A stretch of 64,000 nt of DNA from positions 1 through 64,000 of the IMG/VR virus record IMGVR_UViG_3300005290_000006. One strand, given 5' to 3'. Source of the stretch: an uncultured virus (IMG/VR IMGVR_UViG_3300005290_000006). Its lineage: Duplodnaviria > Heunggongvirae > Uroviricota > Caudoviricetes. Below are positions 28,583-38,652 of the stretch, one piece after another (within the stretch, counting starts at the first letter, position 1; each line of letters begins with the position of its first letter). The notes below the pieces were generated by a model. The model was not told the origin of the DNA, searched no databases, and saw only the letters and a program-made list of their open reading frames with translations. Made by a program: the position numbers and the translations under genes.

Positions 28583-29323
28583 ATGCCCCTTACCAGTAGC
28601 GATCGGAAGGATTTCGATGCGTTCTCGGAGCTGTTGTCTATCGTCGGGCCTTACCTTCCGATGAACTTCATCATCGCGGTGTTTCAACAACTGCGTAAAG
28701 CCCAGCAGAGTGATTATGACCACCATTTCCTAGTCAATGCTATAAGGCTTGCCCGCCGTTTATCAGCGCAGCAAGAATTGACCATGGATGAGTTGGCGAT
28801 CACCTATGCGATTATTCTCCTGATGGAAACCGGTCATGAGTACTCTGACGACTTCCCTTACGAGGTATCGCCTGGGCTGGCTTATCCTTTATTGAAGGAT
28901 CATGCTCCCGGTTTCTTTAACCGAGTGGACATCCGCTTTATCAGTCGTAGCTGCCGACCGGTGTATCCACACAGCATTCGGCCTTCAGAACGCACCCGCA
29001 TTCAAATCCTGGTGCATAACGTTCGGAACTTAACCGACGTGGTGTACCCAAATCCAGCCAAGCTGGTAACGATCTTTGTCAAAGCGAACAAAGACCCAAG
29101 TGCTGCTGACCGTGACGAGGGCATCGATATCGAAGCCTGGGTTGATAGTCTGGCGGTTAAATTCACTGAGCGGTACGGTTACAACGGCACTATCTGGAAT
29201 GCTGTCTCCCAGAGTGCCAAGGAGGTGTACGGGGAAGAGATACATCGCTTCCATGTGATTGCTGAAAACAAGGAACTAATAAAAAACCTAATCCATCAAA
29301 ACGCTAAGCACATATTCGCTTAG
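28583..29323 (+). CDS. Hypothetical protein with a degenerate HD-domain-like pattern, 246 aa
   Basis: AGGAG SD; DHHFLVNAIRLARRL...IILLMETGH. Confidence 0.6.
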   Translation: MPLTSSDRKDFDAFSELLSIVGPYLPMNFIIAVFQQLRKAQQSDYDHHFLVNAIRLARRLSAQQELTMDELAITYAIILLMETGHEYSDDFPYEVSPGLAYPLLKDHAPGFFNRVDIRFISRSCRPVYPHSIRPSERTRIQILVHNVRNLTDVVYPNPAKLVTIFVKANKDPSAADRDEGIDIEAWVDSLAVKFTERYGYNGTIWNAVSQSAKEVYGEEIHRFHVIAENKELIKNLIHQNAKHIFA

Positions 29324-29332
29324 GAGGCCCAT

Positions 29333-29770
29333 ATGTCCAAAACAACGTACGATATCGCAATGAACCTGGCACTGTTGATCATTTATGCGGTGCTTATCAT
29401 TCTGGTCATCCAACGTGTTATGGAAGGTCGAGGGTTCTCTTACCTCGTCGAAAGGACTCCAACCGGTATGGTCTTCACCTACAAGCTGGGTATCTATGCC
29501 GGTTGTGTAAGGATCACACGTGACAATGCTCTGGAGTATCCCAATGTCGTGCGCAAGGCCGATGGTTGGGAAATCGTATTTCCAGGGTGGTACACTGACA
29601 AACAGGTGTACCGATTCATCATGAAGACTGAGCCCCGCCACGGCAAGAATCAGTCCCACGCAAAAGACCTGGAGATATTCAGGCAGGTGGTGTTGATGAA
29701 TAATTACTCTCTTACTTGTATTCGGGGTGTCTTGTTTACGGAGGACCGTAGAAAGTCTTCTAGAACCTGA
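29333..29770 (+). CDS. Membrane-anchored hypothetical protein, 145 aa
   Basis: AGGAGG SD; N-terminal TM segment IAMNLALLIIYAVLIILVI. Confidence 0.7.
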   Translation: MSKTTYDIAMNLALLIIYAVLIILVIQRVMEGRGFSYLVERTPTGMVFTYKLGIYAGCVRITRDNALEYPNVVRKADGWEIVFPGWYTDKQVYRFIMKTEPRHGKNQSHAKDLEIFRQVVLMNNYSLTCIRGVLFTEDRRKSSRT

Positions 29771-29795
29771 CGGCTTTTGCAGAGCAAACAGAAAT

Positions 29796-29837
29796 ACCCC
29801 CTACCCCATGCCTCCATAAGGGGCATGGGGTAGGGGT
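29796..29837. terminator. Bidirectional terminator between convergent operons
   Basis: CCCCTACCCCATGCC / GGCATGGGGTAGGGG stem. Confidence 0.8.
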
Positions 29838-29855
29838 CTATTCCGATCTTGCTAC

Positions 29856-30758
29856 TTAACCGAGGTACGGAGTAGTGCTGGTCACGGTAGCTTTCTGAGT
29901 CGTCATACGCTCGATGGTACCAGCGTTGGTGAGCGACTCCAGCTTCGAAGTACGAGACTTGAAGCCTTCGGGTGCGTCGATAGCATCCGGGTTGTACATC
30001 GGCAGCAGCGCCAGCAGGGAACGAGCAATCTGCTTAACAGCCAGAGTGTCGAACTCGATGACACCAGTGAACTCCATCTGAATGGTGCGGATGGTGTTCT
30101 CTTCTGCCTTGTTGCGCTTCAGTTCGATTGGCACGGTACCGTTAGGCATCATACCAACGTTGATCGCGGCGTGAGCCACGTCGCGCATGTTGCGGGTTGG
30201 TTCGAAGTAGCATGCCGCAGCCGATACTTCGTCCAACAGCATGTCACCCGGATCGTCGAGGATCACCAACTTGGCGTTCATGATCTCAGGGTCCATGACA
30301 CCCCACTGACCCCAGATCTTCAGCATCTTGGTGAACGACTCACCTTCGACGTCGATGACGGTGTGGGTCACGCTACCCAAGCTGCGGGTGGCGCCGGTCG
30401 GGATGGACATGACGTGGCCAGTCCATTCCATACGCCCGAAGGCGTGTTCGGTGCGGTCCTGGATACCTTCGAAGGACTGCGAACGGTTCTCGAAGAACGC
30501 CTTGCACAGAGCATGCAGACGGTCACCACCTGGAAGGCGGGAGAACATCGCCGGCGTGCTGAGCATGATGCACCAGCTTTGCTGCGACACGTGAGGCTGA
30601 GCACTGATGTACTCGAAGACGTTACCGGCCCAGCCATACATGCCGCCAGATTCGGCGTTGATGACGGGGCGCTTGCTGGTATCCATCGCTTGTACGAAGG
30701 CATCGCTCTGGGAAAGCAGCGTGTTCGCATCGCGATGTGGGTAGTTACTCGTTGCCAT
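29856..30758 (-). CDS. Tail tube protein (phiKZ gp30-like), 300 aa
   Basis: Immediately downstream of the sheath gene; size, strong codon bias and synteny. Confidence 0.75.
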   Translation of the reverse strand: MATSNYPHRDANTLLSQSDAFVQAMDTSKRPVINAESGGMYGWAGNVFEYISAQPHVSQQSWCIMLSTPAMFSRLPGGDRLHALCKAFFENRSQSFEGIQDRTEHAFGRMEWTGHVMSIPTGATRSLGSVTHTVIDVEGESFTKMLKIWGQWGVMDPEIMNAKLVILDDPGDMLLDEVSAAACYFEPTRNMRDVAHAAINVGMMPNGTVPIELKRNKAEENTIRTIQMEFTGVIEFDTLAVKQIARSLLALLPMYNPDAIDAPEGFKSRTSKLESLTNAGTIERMTTQKATVTSTTPYLG

Positions 30759-30768
30759 AGATCACCTC

Positions 30769-32940
30769 TTAGGAAGCAACTGCATCTTGTTCGTTGTAGG
30801 CGTACAGATCCAGGTTCATCATGTACTTGCCCTTGTTGAAGTACGCGTTAACAACCGCGTTCATCACCGCACGACCACCAGGAGCAGTTTCGTCGTAGGA
30901 GGTTACAACAGTGATGTTCTTCACCAGGCCGCCCAGGCGATCACGCAGTTTGCGTTCGCCACCGTCTTTCACCAGCGCCGCGTAGTTCGCCGCCGAGATC
31001 GAGGTGTCACCGCAAACGGTGTTCCACTCGTCCTGCATGATCTTTTCAGCGCAGACGCACAGGAACGCAGTAACCGCATCTTTCAACACGGAGTCCGCGT
31101 TGTTGTAGACGGTGACCAGCGCAGGACGGAACAACTGCTCGACGTCGTACGGACGCAGAGTGATGGAACCGTTCTCGAAGTTATCGTTGCCAACTTCGTC
31201 TTCTTCGAACTCGATGTTCGGAGAGTGCATGGTGCGCAGGATACGGTTGTCGCCGTGGTCAGGCGAGGCCGACGCAACGATGATGCCGCTGTTGTTACCG
31301 GCGAAGAGCGCGAACGCGTACGCCAGGTCGAGGTTACCGGAGAAGTAATCGCCAGTGACTTCGTTGATCAGCTTGGCTTCGATCAGGTTGATCGACGCGC
31401 GAACGGTCGGAGTACCCCACTGTTCCGATTCCGGAGTCAGGCGCAGAGAAGCCACCAGAGCTGCCGCACGGGAGTAGATGGTGCCGAGGTCGTTCACCTG
31501 ACCAGGAGTCCAGACAGTGGCGTCTTCGAAAACGAACACGTCTTTGCGCTGACCCAACAGCTGAGCAGCGATGTCCTTCACTTCCTTGCTGTAACCCACG
31601 TCCCAGAAAACCGACTGGCGGTTACGGGTATAGTTCTTGATCTCGGACCCATTGACATAAGTCTGGAGGTCGTCGGCCATCAGCTTGTTGGTGATCTCCC
31701 ACGCCTGACCATTGGTCAGAGGGAACTTGACGTTGGCCAGCAGGCCAAACGGATCGTTCGGCACCACTTCGGTGACGTAGTCCGGGATCGAACCGTCAGC
31801 CAAGTAGAACGGGTTCACGCCGTATTGCGCCTTCACCGCGCCGCTCAGATCCCAGAGGGTAGCGTCGTCGGTTTGGATCGCGAAGTACGGAGCACCAACG
31901 TGGTTGGTAGCGGTGAACGGGTTCATCTGCTGGTACGGACGCTGACCCACTTCCACCAGGCTATCGTTGACGTCTTTCTCAACGATGTACATCAGCTGGC
32001 AAACAGTGTCGATTTCTTCAGCGTAGACGAAAACGTCTTTGAACGGTGCCGGAGTCGGCACGACCTTGCGGTTGGCGTTGGTCTTGGTGAAAGCACCAAC
32101 AGCACGCTTCAGGCTGTACTGCACGCCGTCGGCTTCAGCCGGGAACAAGGTGAACTGTGCGGTTTCTTTCTTGGCATCGGTCTTCGCGTAGGTACGCGCG
32201 CCGTTGGCCGAGTCGGAGAACATGCGCATGTCGAACGGGAACACGCCGGTCGAACGAACGAAAGCCGAGATCGACTTCCAGCTCAGCGGGGTGTTGCTTA
32301 CGCCGAGGTTCACGCCACCGTTGTTATAAGCATCGCCCACGCCAGCAGGCAGCTCGAACATCGGATAAACTTGTGTTTCAGGAACAGCTGGAGTTTCGCC
32401 GTCAGCCGGGGTACCCGGAATGGTGCGGTGCTCGAGCTTGCCGAATGCTTTGGTAGCGGCGGCCGGATCGGGACGCAGAACTACTTTCAGACCCTGGTAG
32501 GTCTTGCCCACTACAGGGATTTTCAGGCCGGTAGCAGGATCACGTTTGAACTGACCCGACAGGTCACGCTCGTAGTCCTGAACTTCTACCTGCTGAACGA
32601 AAGCGGAGATCGCGACGCGAGACACCACGTTGTTGGCAGACAGACGACGAACGCCGATCACGGACTGTGCACCACGGCCCAACTGTTGGATCAACAGCGA
32701 CGTTGGGTTGTAGTAAGGAGTCTTGTGGTCAAGCACATCGCCGAACATCTGGACGAAATCTTTGGTGCTGATCCACTGCGTGCCTTTCTCAGCTGCCAGT
32801 TCACCTTTCGGTGTGACAATCGAGATGACCGGCGCATGCAGCGGGTATACAGGATAGGCAACAGCGTAGTCGGGGATGGAGTTATCCTTGATCCCCCGGT
32901 TGTTGACTTTCCCCGGAACAATTTGGTTAAAGATGGTCAT
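30769..32940 (-). CDS. Contractile tail sheath protein (phiKZ gp29-like), 723 aa
   Basis: GIKDNS and FGD...YYN N-terminal motifs, SVFWDVGY, TVYNNADSVL; size and synteny. Confidence 0.85.
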   Translation of the reverse strand: MTIFNQIVPGKVNNRGIKDNSIPDYAVAYPVYPLHAPVISIVTPKGELAAEKGTQWISTKDFVQMFGDVLDHKTPYYNPTSLLIQQLGRGAQSVIGVRRLSANNVVSRVAISAFVQQVEVQDYERDLSGQFKRDPATGLKIPVVGKTYQGLKVVLRPDPAAATKAFGKLEHRTIPGTPADGETPAVPETQVYPMFELPAGVGDAYNNGGVNLGVSNTPLSWKSISAFVRSTGVFPFDMRMFSDSANGARTYAKTDAKKETAQFTLFPAEADGVQYSLKRAVGAFTKTNANRKVVPTPAPFKDVFVYAEEIDTVCQLMYIVEKDVNDSLVEVGQRPYQQMNPFTATNHVGAPYFAIQTDDATLWDLSGAVKAQYGVNPFYLADGSIPDYVTEVVPNDPFGLLANVKFPLTNGQAWEITNKLMADDLQTYVNGSEIKNYTRNRQSVFWDVGYSKEVKDIAAQLLGQRKDVFVFEDATVWTPGQVNDLGTIYSRAAALVASLRLTPESEQWGTPTVRASINLIEAKLINEVTGDYFSGNLDLAYAFALFAGNNSGIIVASASPDHGDNRILRTMHSPNIEFEEDEVGNDNFENGSITLRPYDVEQLFRPALVTVYNNADSVLKDAVTAFLCVCAEKIMQDEWNTVCGDTSISAANYAALVKDGGERKLRDRLGGLVKNITVVTSYDETAPGGRAVMNAVVNAYFNKGKYMMNLDLYAYNEQDAVAS

Positions 32941-33043
32941 GGAGAACCTCGTAAGTGTACTGGAGCAATCGTATGCAACCCACTATAGGGCCGTACAGTG
33001 CGTATACATCTGGCACATAACATGTTATTTTCGAGGACACCCT

Positions 33044-33922
33044 ATGCTTATCAATGCTTACGACACTACGGTCGGTCAACCATTTCGCGTTAAGGACGAT
33101 GTAGCGGGCATCATTAAGACCCTGCACATGTCGCGCAACCTGACCCAGACCAAAAAGAAAGGTGTCTTCTGCTTGACCCAAGAGACTGAGTTGAAGATCC
33201 CTATCTTCGCCTTTCCGATCACCATGCAAAGCCACACCCGCGAGATGATCACTGTCTATGACGAGCGTTCGTACCGCAACAAAAGCAACCAGGTAACTCA
33301 CCCCAACGAGATCACCATCAGCCGTCTGGCGGCCTTCCTTCAACAAGACGTCGCGGAAGGTGTTCTGACCCCGCTGAAGAATGGACGTCTGTTGGCCACC
33401 AAAGGTTTCTCTGAGTCGGTCTCCACTCTGTTGGTGCGTAACGGCGGACTGGACAAGAACGAGGCGCTTACCCTCAAGGTGTTGCTGGCGTACTACTTCC
33501 TGTCGCTTCAGGAAAGCAATACTGATGACGTGGTGTTCATCGGTGTTAACGTTATCCGCAGTCTCTACGGTACCGAGAAAGACTACATCCTCGGTGTTGT
33601 GGAAGAGCTGCCGCAGATGGCGAACCTGACGGACCTGCTCAAAGCTATCCACAGTAATCCAATCCTCTTCAAGTTGAAGTACCTGACACTGAAGGAACTG
33701 ATTGCTAACGTGGGTTCGATTTCGTTCGCTGCGTTGGGTCCGAAGATTGTTTCGGCTGCGGCTGAAGCTCCTTGCCTGTTTACCGCTTTGGTTTACGGTG
33801 TAGTGAAGTTCTCGGTGTACAACCGTCTTCCTCTGGGCGTCGCGTTGGACCCAAAAGCTGTCAAGGAGACGGTTAACGCCTTCCGCAACAACATCGAATA
33901 CACTTACGACCTCAATGGGTAA
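33044..33922 (+). CDS. Virion structural protein (gp28-like by synteny), 292 aa
   Basis: GAGGA SD; MLINAYDTTVG; divergent from the sheath gene. Confidence 0.65.
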   Translation: MLINAYDTTVGQPFRVKDDVAGIIKTLHMSRNLTQTKKKGVFCLTQETELKIPIFAFPITMQSHTREMITVYDERSYRNKSNQVTHPNEITISRLAAFLQQDVAEGVLTPLKNGRLLATKGFSESVSTLLVRNGGLDKNEALTLKVLLAYYFLSLQESNTDDVVFIGVNVIRSLYGTEKDYILGVVEELPQMANLTDLLKAIHSNPILFKLKYLTLKELIANVGSISFAALGPKIVSAAAEAPCLFTALVYGVVKFSVYNRLPLGVALDPKAVKETVNAFRNNIEYTYDLNG

Positions 33923-33927
33923 GGATT

Positions 33928-36585
33928 ATGACGACGACCGTTTACGACAGTAATAACCCGGTTGTTCAGTACGTTGAAAACAACCTGTGGGGTAACCCCG
34001 AAGAGAACAGCCAGTATCAGGTGAAGCTGGTTCGTGTTACAGACGATTACGGCGTCGCCATGAACTACAACTACATGGGGAAGTGGCGGGCATTGCCTAA
34101 GCCGAATACTTTCTACCATGTGTTTACCGCTGGTGGTCTGCATCCGGGGTTCTGGAACTTCCGCAACAACGTGCTGTACCGCAACCCGTTGGACCGTTGG
34201 GTGAACTTGGGTGCGCTGTGTAAAGTTCGGGGCATGCAGCTCGACTTGTACAACACCCGGGGTTTCCAATACAGCCGTTCGCATTGCTGGGTGATGATTA
34301 CCTACGACGGCTTGGTATTGATCGCGTTGCAGAAGCTGAAGTCATACCCTGTTCCTAAGGTGGATGATTTCTACTTCCGTTGCTTCACGCCAAGTATCCC
34401 GGTGGACTACGGTGACCTGGCGTTGTCGGACGAGCACAACCCGTACACCTACGAAACCATGACGTACGAGTCATCCCAGGAGATGGCGGTCTTCACAGCG
34501 CGCTACAGCCTCTTTAAAGGCAAGCCTGGGTTCACTGGCACCTACCACAACGGTGCGTACTTCGATGGGGCTCCTAACGCCATTCCCGGGCTTCAGATCG
34601 GGGACACGGTGGAGATCTGGCACGACCCAACAGTTATCCGGGTTGAACGCTACAACTACAAGGATCTGAAGGACTTCTACTCCGAACTGGACGCGAAGCG
34701 CAAACTGATCCTCCACCCACCGAAGATCAAAGACGACTTCACCATTCGTTACTTCGATGACAACGACTACTACTTGCTGGGTCCAAAGAAGAAGGGGTTG
34801 TACGTTCATCGGAACAGCGAGACCACGATCCGTCAGTTGACCCACGTTGATGTGGCAATCGCTGATGATGTCATTCAGAACGCAAGCACCTACTTACCTG
34901 ATCTGGCAGTTGTCCAGGACATCCGGGTGATGGTGCTGGTTCGCAAGACCGGCTGGGAATACCAGTGGCCGAATGAGCATCAACGCATCAAGTACCTCTA
35001 TCGTTTCGACGACCTGGGGATTGTGCGGGCGATGACGGGTGATCGGGCTACCGTTCCTGAGTGGTCGGCGAATGGTCTGGAAAGCGGCACGGTGATGAGC
35101 CTGACCCGCAGTCAGTATCCAGCGGTGAAACGTGAGAACGCTTCTCTGGCTTTGGGTTACAACGCGGCGACCCGTGTGGTCAGCGAAACCCCAGTGCGGG
35201 TCGAGTTTGTGGAAGGTGGTCGGGGTGTGATTGTCCCGAATACTTATCGCAAGTCTTTCTCGGCGTGGGAATACGACGCTAACGGCCAATTGCTGGAAGT
35301 GCATAACCGGCAGAACCAGATCTACTACAGTCCGTTCAATCCGCTGTGCACCATGGTGGAGTTCGTACTGGGTCAGGCTAAGCGCTCGCTGGACTACACA
35401 GTGACGAAGGACGATTACGTTCTGGATCCTGAGTACGACTTCCGGGTGTATAAACAAGCCTGGAACGTGGACCTGGAAGAGTTGGTGGGTCCAATCGTGG
35501 ACATCACTGGCGACGACACGTTCTACACGCTGGTGGACGGGACGATTCATTGGACGGGTCTGGACAAAGTGAACTATCGGGGCATTGTCCTGCGGAACAC
35601 GGCGTGCTTGGCGTACACCTTTGAACTCGACCACATCGACCACAGTCTGTCGTTTGCGTTGACTGAAATCTACGAAGACGGCGGTTTGATCTTCCCGATT
35701 GCGTTTGCCCAGGTAGACGTGTGGGTTAACAAGCACCCGCTGGTCGATCATGTCGATTGGTTGTACAAGGACGGTTACTGCTACATCATCAACAAGGAAT
35801 TCCTGGTTGAGGGTCCGCAGGAGATCACGGTGCGAGCCCATGGGTTCCACAGCGACATGGAGAACCCCAAGTTTGAAACCGAATTGGGATTTGTGGAAGG
35901 TGGTGTCATTGGTCGCTTTGGTCGTTATAACCTGCGCAGTGATCGAGTCACTCGTACGGTTATCAATGGAGCCCTATATCCCACCGATGAGGTTCCTCGT
36001 GCCGAAAGAGAAGTACCAGACGATCTCTGGGACCACCTCAACGGCAAGCCCTACATGGTGAAACACGTGTACTGCCCGATTAAGTTCGTCGAGCCGTATT
36101 ACAACTTCCCCCTGTACGACCGTAGCCGAGCGACCGATCAACGGGTCAGTGACTACATGACCGAATGGTTGCCGAAGCCACACACCAATGCTGAGGAGAT
36201 CGATCCTGTTCAGCCGCCTGGTCCTGGTGTTCCGGTTATCCCCAATCTGCAAGACAAGTACCGACTGTTCAGTCCGTTGATGAACGTCTTGGTAAACGGT
36301 CTGTTGAATGGGTTGATCTTTTTGCCGCCTAAGGCAGAGGGTGACACGGTGTACACGGAACAGTCCATCCGGGAAACGGTTAACCCGTACCTGTGGTGGT
36401 TGGATACCGACCCGATTCATCTGGGCTTTGATCGTCGCTACTTCGCCATCATGCCGTACGCTAACGTAGGGAAGCTGACGGTTACTGCTAACGAGCTCTT
36501 GTTCCTGAACCAGGTTAACGAAAGCTATCTCGATTCCGTTTGTGTAATTGAAGGTCACTTCGAGGTTAACAACTATGTTCGATAA
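33928..36585 (+). CDS. Virion structural / baseplate protein (gp27-like), 885 aa
   Basis: NNLWGNPE and IRQLTHVD motifs; synteny between sheath and terminase. Confidence 0.7.
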   Translation: MTTTVYDSNNPVVQYVENNLWGNPEENSQYQVKLVRVTDDYGVAMNYNYMGKWRALPKPNTFYHVFTAGGLHPGFWNFRNNVLYRNPLDRWVNLGALCKVRGMQLDLYNTRGFQYSRSHCWVMITYDGLVLIALQKLKSYPVPKVDDFYFRCFTPSIPVDYGDLALSDEHNPYTYETMTYESSQEMAVFTARYSLFKGKPGFTGTYHNGAYFDGAPNAIPGLQIGDTVEIWHDPTVIRVERYNYKDLKDFYSELDAKRKLILHPPKIKDDFTIRYFDDNDYYLLGPKKKGLYVHRNSETTIRQLTHVDVAIADDVIQNASTYLPDLAVVQDIRVMVLVRKTGWEYQWPNEHQRIKYLYRFDDLGIVRAMTGDRATVPEWSANGLESGTVMSLTRSQYPAVKRENASLALGYNAATRVVSETPVRVEFVEGGRGVIVPNTYRKSFSAWEYDANGQLLEVHNRQNQIYYSPFNPLCTMVEFVLGQAKRSLDYTVTKDDYVLDPEYDFRVYKQAWNVDLEELVGPIVDITGDDTFYTLVDGTIHWTGLDKVNYRGIVLRNTACLAYTFELDHIDHSLSFALTEIYEDGGLIFPIAFAQVDVWVNKHPLVDHVDWLYKDGYCYIINKEFLVEGPQEITVRAHGFHSDMENPKFETELGFVEGGVIGRFGRYNLRSDRVTRTVINGALYPTDEVPRAEREVPDDLWDHLNGKPYMVKHVYCPIKFVEPYYNFPLYDRSRATDQRVSDYMTEWLPKPHTNAEEIDPVQPPGPGVPVIPNLQDKYRLFSPLMNVLVNGLLNGLIFLPPKAEGDTVYTEQSIRETVNPYLWWLDTDPIHLGFDRRYFAIMPYANVGKLTVTANELLFLNQVNESYLDSVCVIEGHFEVNNYVR

Positions 36586-38296
36586 AGTGCCGAACTCTGT
36601 GGCATCCGGGGCGGTGCCGGCAACGGCCATTACCCCGCACAACACAGGGGAACGTAAAAACTTTCACTACATCGGTAACATCTTCGATCCGGACAAGCAC
36701 CCGATCGACGATTTGAATAAGTACGTGGTCCCTCAGGAAAACGAACTTATCTTCGATGTGGATCAGGGGATGATTTATCGTGCGTCCCATGTGGATTGGC
36801 AAGCAACGCTGAAGACCACCCTGGTGCCTTGGCGTCTGACCAACGTGGACGAAGGTAACACCACCGAGCAAGACTGGATCTTTGGTCTGCGTGGCGGTCC
36901 TCTGCTGGGCGAGGCGCTGTTGAGCGTTGACTTCAGTGTGCGTCCTAACGCCGCTCGGGTGGATGCCACCATCATGCGTCCAGGCGCTGCGTACGCCAAA
37001 CTGTGGTTGGGTAACGATACCAGTGACAACGGCAAGATCATCAGTGCGCAATACGACCAGTCCCTCAACATGCTCAACAACAAGGTTCCGGTGAAGTTGG
37101 CCGAAATCATTGACCGCACCAACGTGTCGATCATGACCACGGGTGCGTTCTCTGTGACCGAGAATGCTGAAGGTCTGCCGGACGGTACGCGTTGCTTCCT
37201 GGTGTTCTACGACGTGGGCGGTGAATTCATTCCACCCGCTCAGCCTGTGATGGTTCAGCATTGCGCTTACATGCGCGATCACCAGATCGGCACCAAGTAC
37301 GTCACCGAGGTCAAACTCATCTCGCCGTGGTTCACCAACAACAGCGATCCAGATCGTCTGTTCATCCCGATCAACATTCAGTTGCTTACAGTCGAACTGC
37401 GTGCGGCGGTGTTCTACTCGGACGGTTCTTCGCAGATCTGGCCGGTCAACGGGACGAAGTTCAACTTGTGGGGTCTCGACACTCACCGTCCTACCTGGCC
37501 GGGTCAAGCCACCGAGATCACGTTGGTGTACAAGCTGGGTCCTGATGAGCAGCATTACATCGCCGACCCAGGCAGTCCGAACCACAAGAACCACACGTAC
37601 TGGTTGCAAGCCAGCGACGCGATTGGGGCTTACTCGCCGAAGATCTACAGCTACCCTGCATGGGACGCTGCTTCGTTGGGTTACGTGCTGAAGCATTGGT
37701 TGTTCGACCTGGATCGCAAGACCCGGATCGACGTGACCGACCTGGTGACTCTGAACGATCAAAGCCCGCCATTCCGTCCGACTTCGTACGGCGTGACTCA
37801 GTCGATGATCTTCAACCTCAACCTCCGCGATGTGTCGACCATCTACGAGAGCGTGGTGTTCATCCAGCACACCGACATCACGTTGTACAAAGATGTCAAC
37901 GGCCCAGGCAAGCGTTGGGACGTCAGCTTCTCCAACGACATGCCGTCTGTGGGTGGGAAAACCATCGTTGCCAAGAACAACGGCGCGCTCACCACCTTCA
38001 ACATCTCGCAAGGTCAGCGTGACCTGGTGGATTGGATTGCCGAGCTGTACACGGCGATCAAACCAAGCTTTGACCCTCGCAATGAGGACAAGGCTCCAAT
38101 CCCGACACACTTCGATCTCATGCACGTGGACGGTCGTAAATGGCGCTTCTCGGTCAACGACTACAACAAGGAGAACCCTATCAACATCGCGTTGCAGAAA
38201 GGTTCGACTTGGTTCATCAGCTGGATTCACAAAGAAGCCTCTGGTGCTGAGTTGCAGTTGGGTATGACGGGTGTTCAGGTGGAATTGGCTCCTTGA
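36575..38296 (+). CDS. Virion structural / baseplate protein (gp26-like), 573 aa
   Basis: GAGG SD before ATG 36575; beta-rich sequence; synteny. Confidence 0.7.
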   Translation: MFDKVPNSVASGAVPATAITPHNTGERKNFHYIGNIFDPDKHPIDDLNKYVVPQENELIFDVDQGMIYRASHVDWQATLKTTLVPWRLTNVDEGNTTEQDWIFGLRGGPLLGEALLSVDFSVRPNAARVDATIMRPGAAYAKLWLGNDTSDNGKIISAQYDQSLNMLNNKVPVKLAEIIDRTNVSIMTTGAFSVTENAEGLPDGTRCFLVFYDVGGEFIPPAQPVMVQHCAYMRDHQIGTKYVTEVKLISPWFTNNSDPDRLFIPINIQLLTVELRAAVFYSDGSSQIWPVNGTKFNLWGLDTHRPTWPGQATEITLVYKLGPDEQHYIADPGSPNHKNHTYWLQASDAIGAYSPKIYSYPAWDAASLGYVLKHWLFDLDRKTRIDVTDLVTLNDQSPPFRPTSYGVTQSMIFNLNLRDVSTIYESVVFIQHTDITLYKDVNGPGKRWDVSFSNDMPSVGGKTIVAKNNGALTTFNISQGQRDLVDWIAELYTAIKPSFDPRNEDKAPIPTHFDLMHVDGRKWRFSVNDYNKENPINIALQKGSTWFISWIHKEASGAELQLGMTGVQVELAP

Positions 38297-38324
38297 TGTT
38301 ATACATCAAACCAGGAGAAGTCCC

Positions 38325-38567
38325 ATGACCTCTAGTGTTAAAGTCGCGGCCCACTGCGCAAGCAACAAAGAAGTAGTTGTGACCGTGACCAATGGCGATG
38401 CCGTTGTCGAAACTCAGATCCTGCAAGACGGTGAATCCACCGAGATCATGATCTACGACAACCGCGCTGTATCGTCGTGCGAGCGTTTGAAAGAAGAAGC
38501 AGCGAAAGTTGCTCAAGACGAGCCGGTGGATCCTGAGGTCGGGGTTCCTGCCAGTCTGCTGAAGTAA
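38325..38567 (+). CDS. Small hypothetical protein, 80 aa
   Basis: AGGAG SD; MTSSVKVAAHCASNKEVVV... Confidence 0.75.
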   Translation: MTSSVKVAAHCASNKEVVVTVTNGDAVVETQILQDGESTEIMIYDNRAVSSCERLKEEAAKVAQDEPVDPEVGVPASLLK

Positions 38568-38582
38568 CACCATCGTTCCAAA

Positions 38583-38622
38583 CAGGCCAGGGGGTAACAC
38601 CTCTGGCCTGCTTTCTTTTCTT
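38583..38622 (+). terminator. Intrinsic terminator
   Basis: CAGGCCAGGGG / CCTCTGGCCTG stem followed by CTTTCTTTTC. Confidence 0.75.
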
Positions 38623-38652
38623 ACCGGTACCCCTATTTTTAACGAGGTGTTT

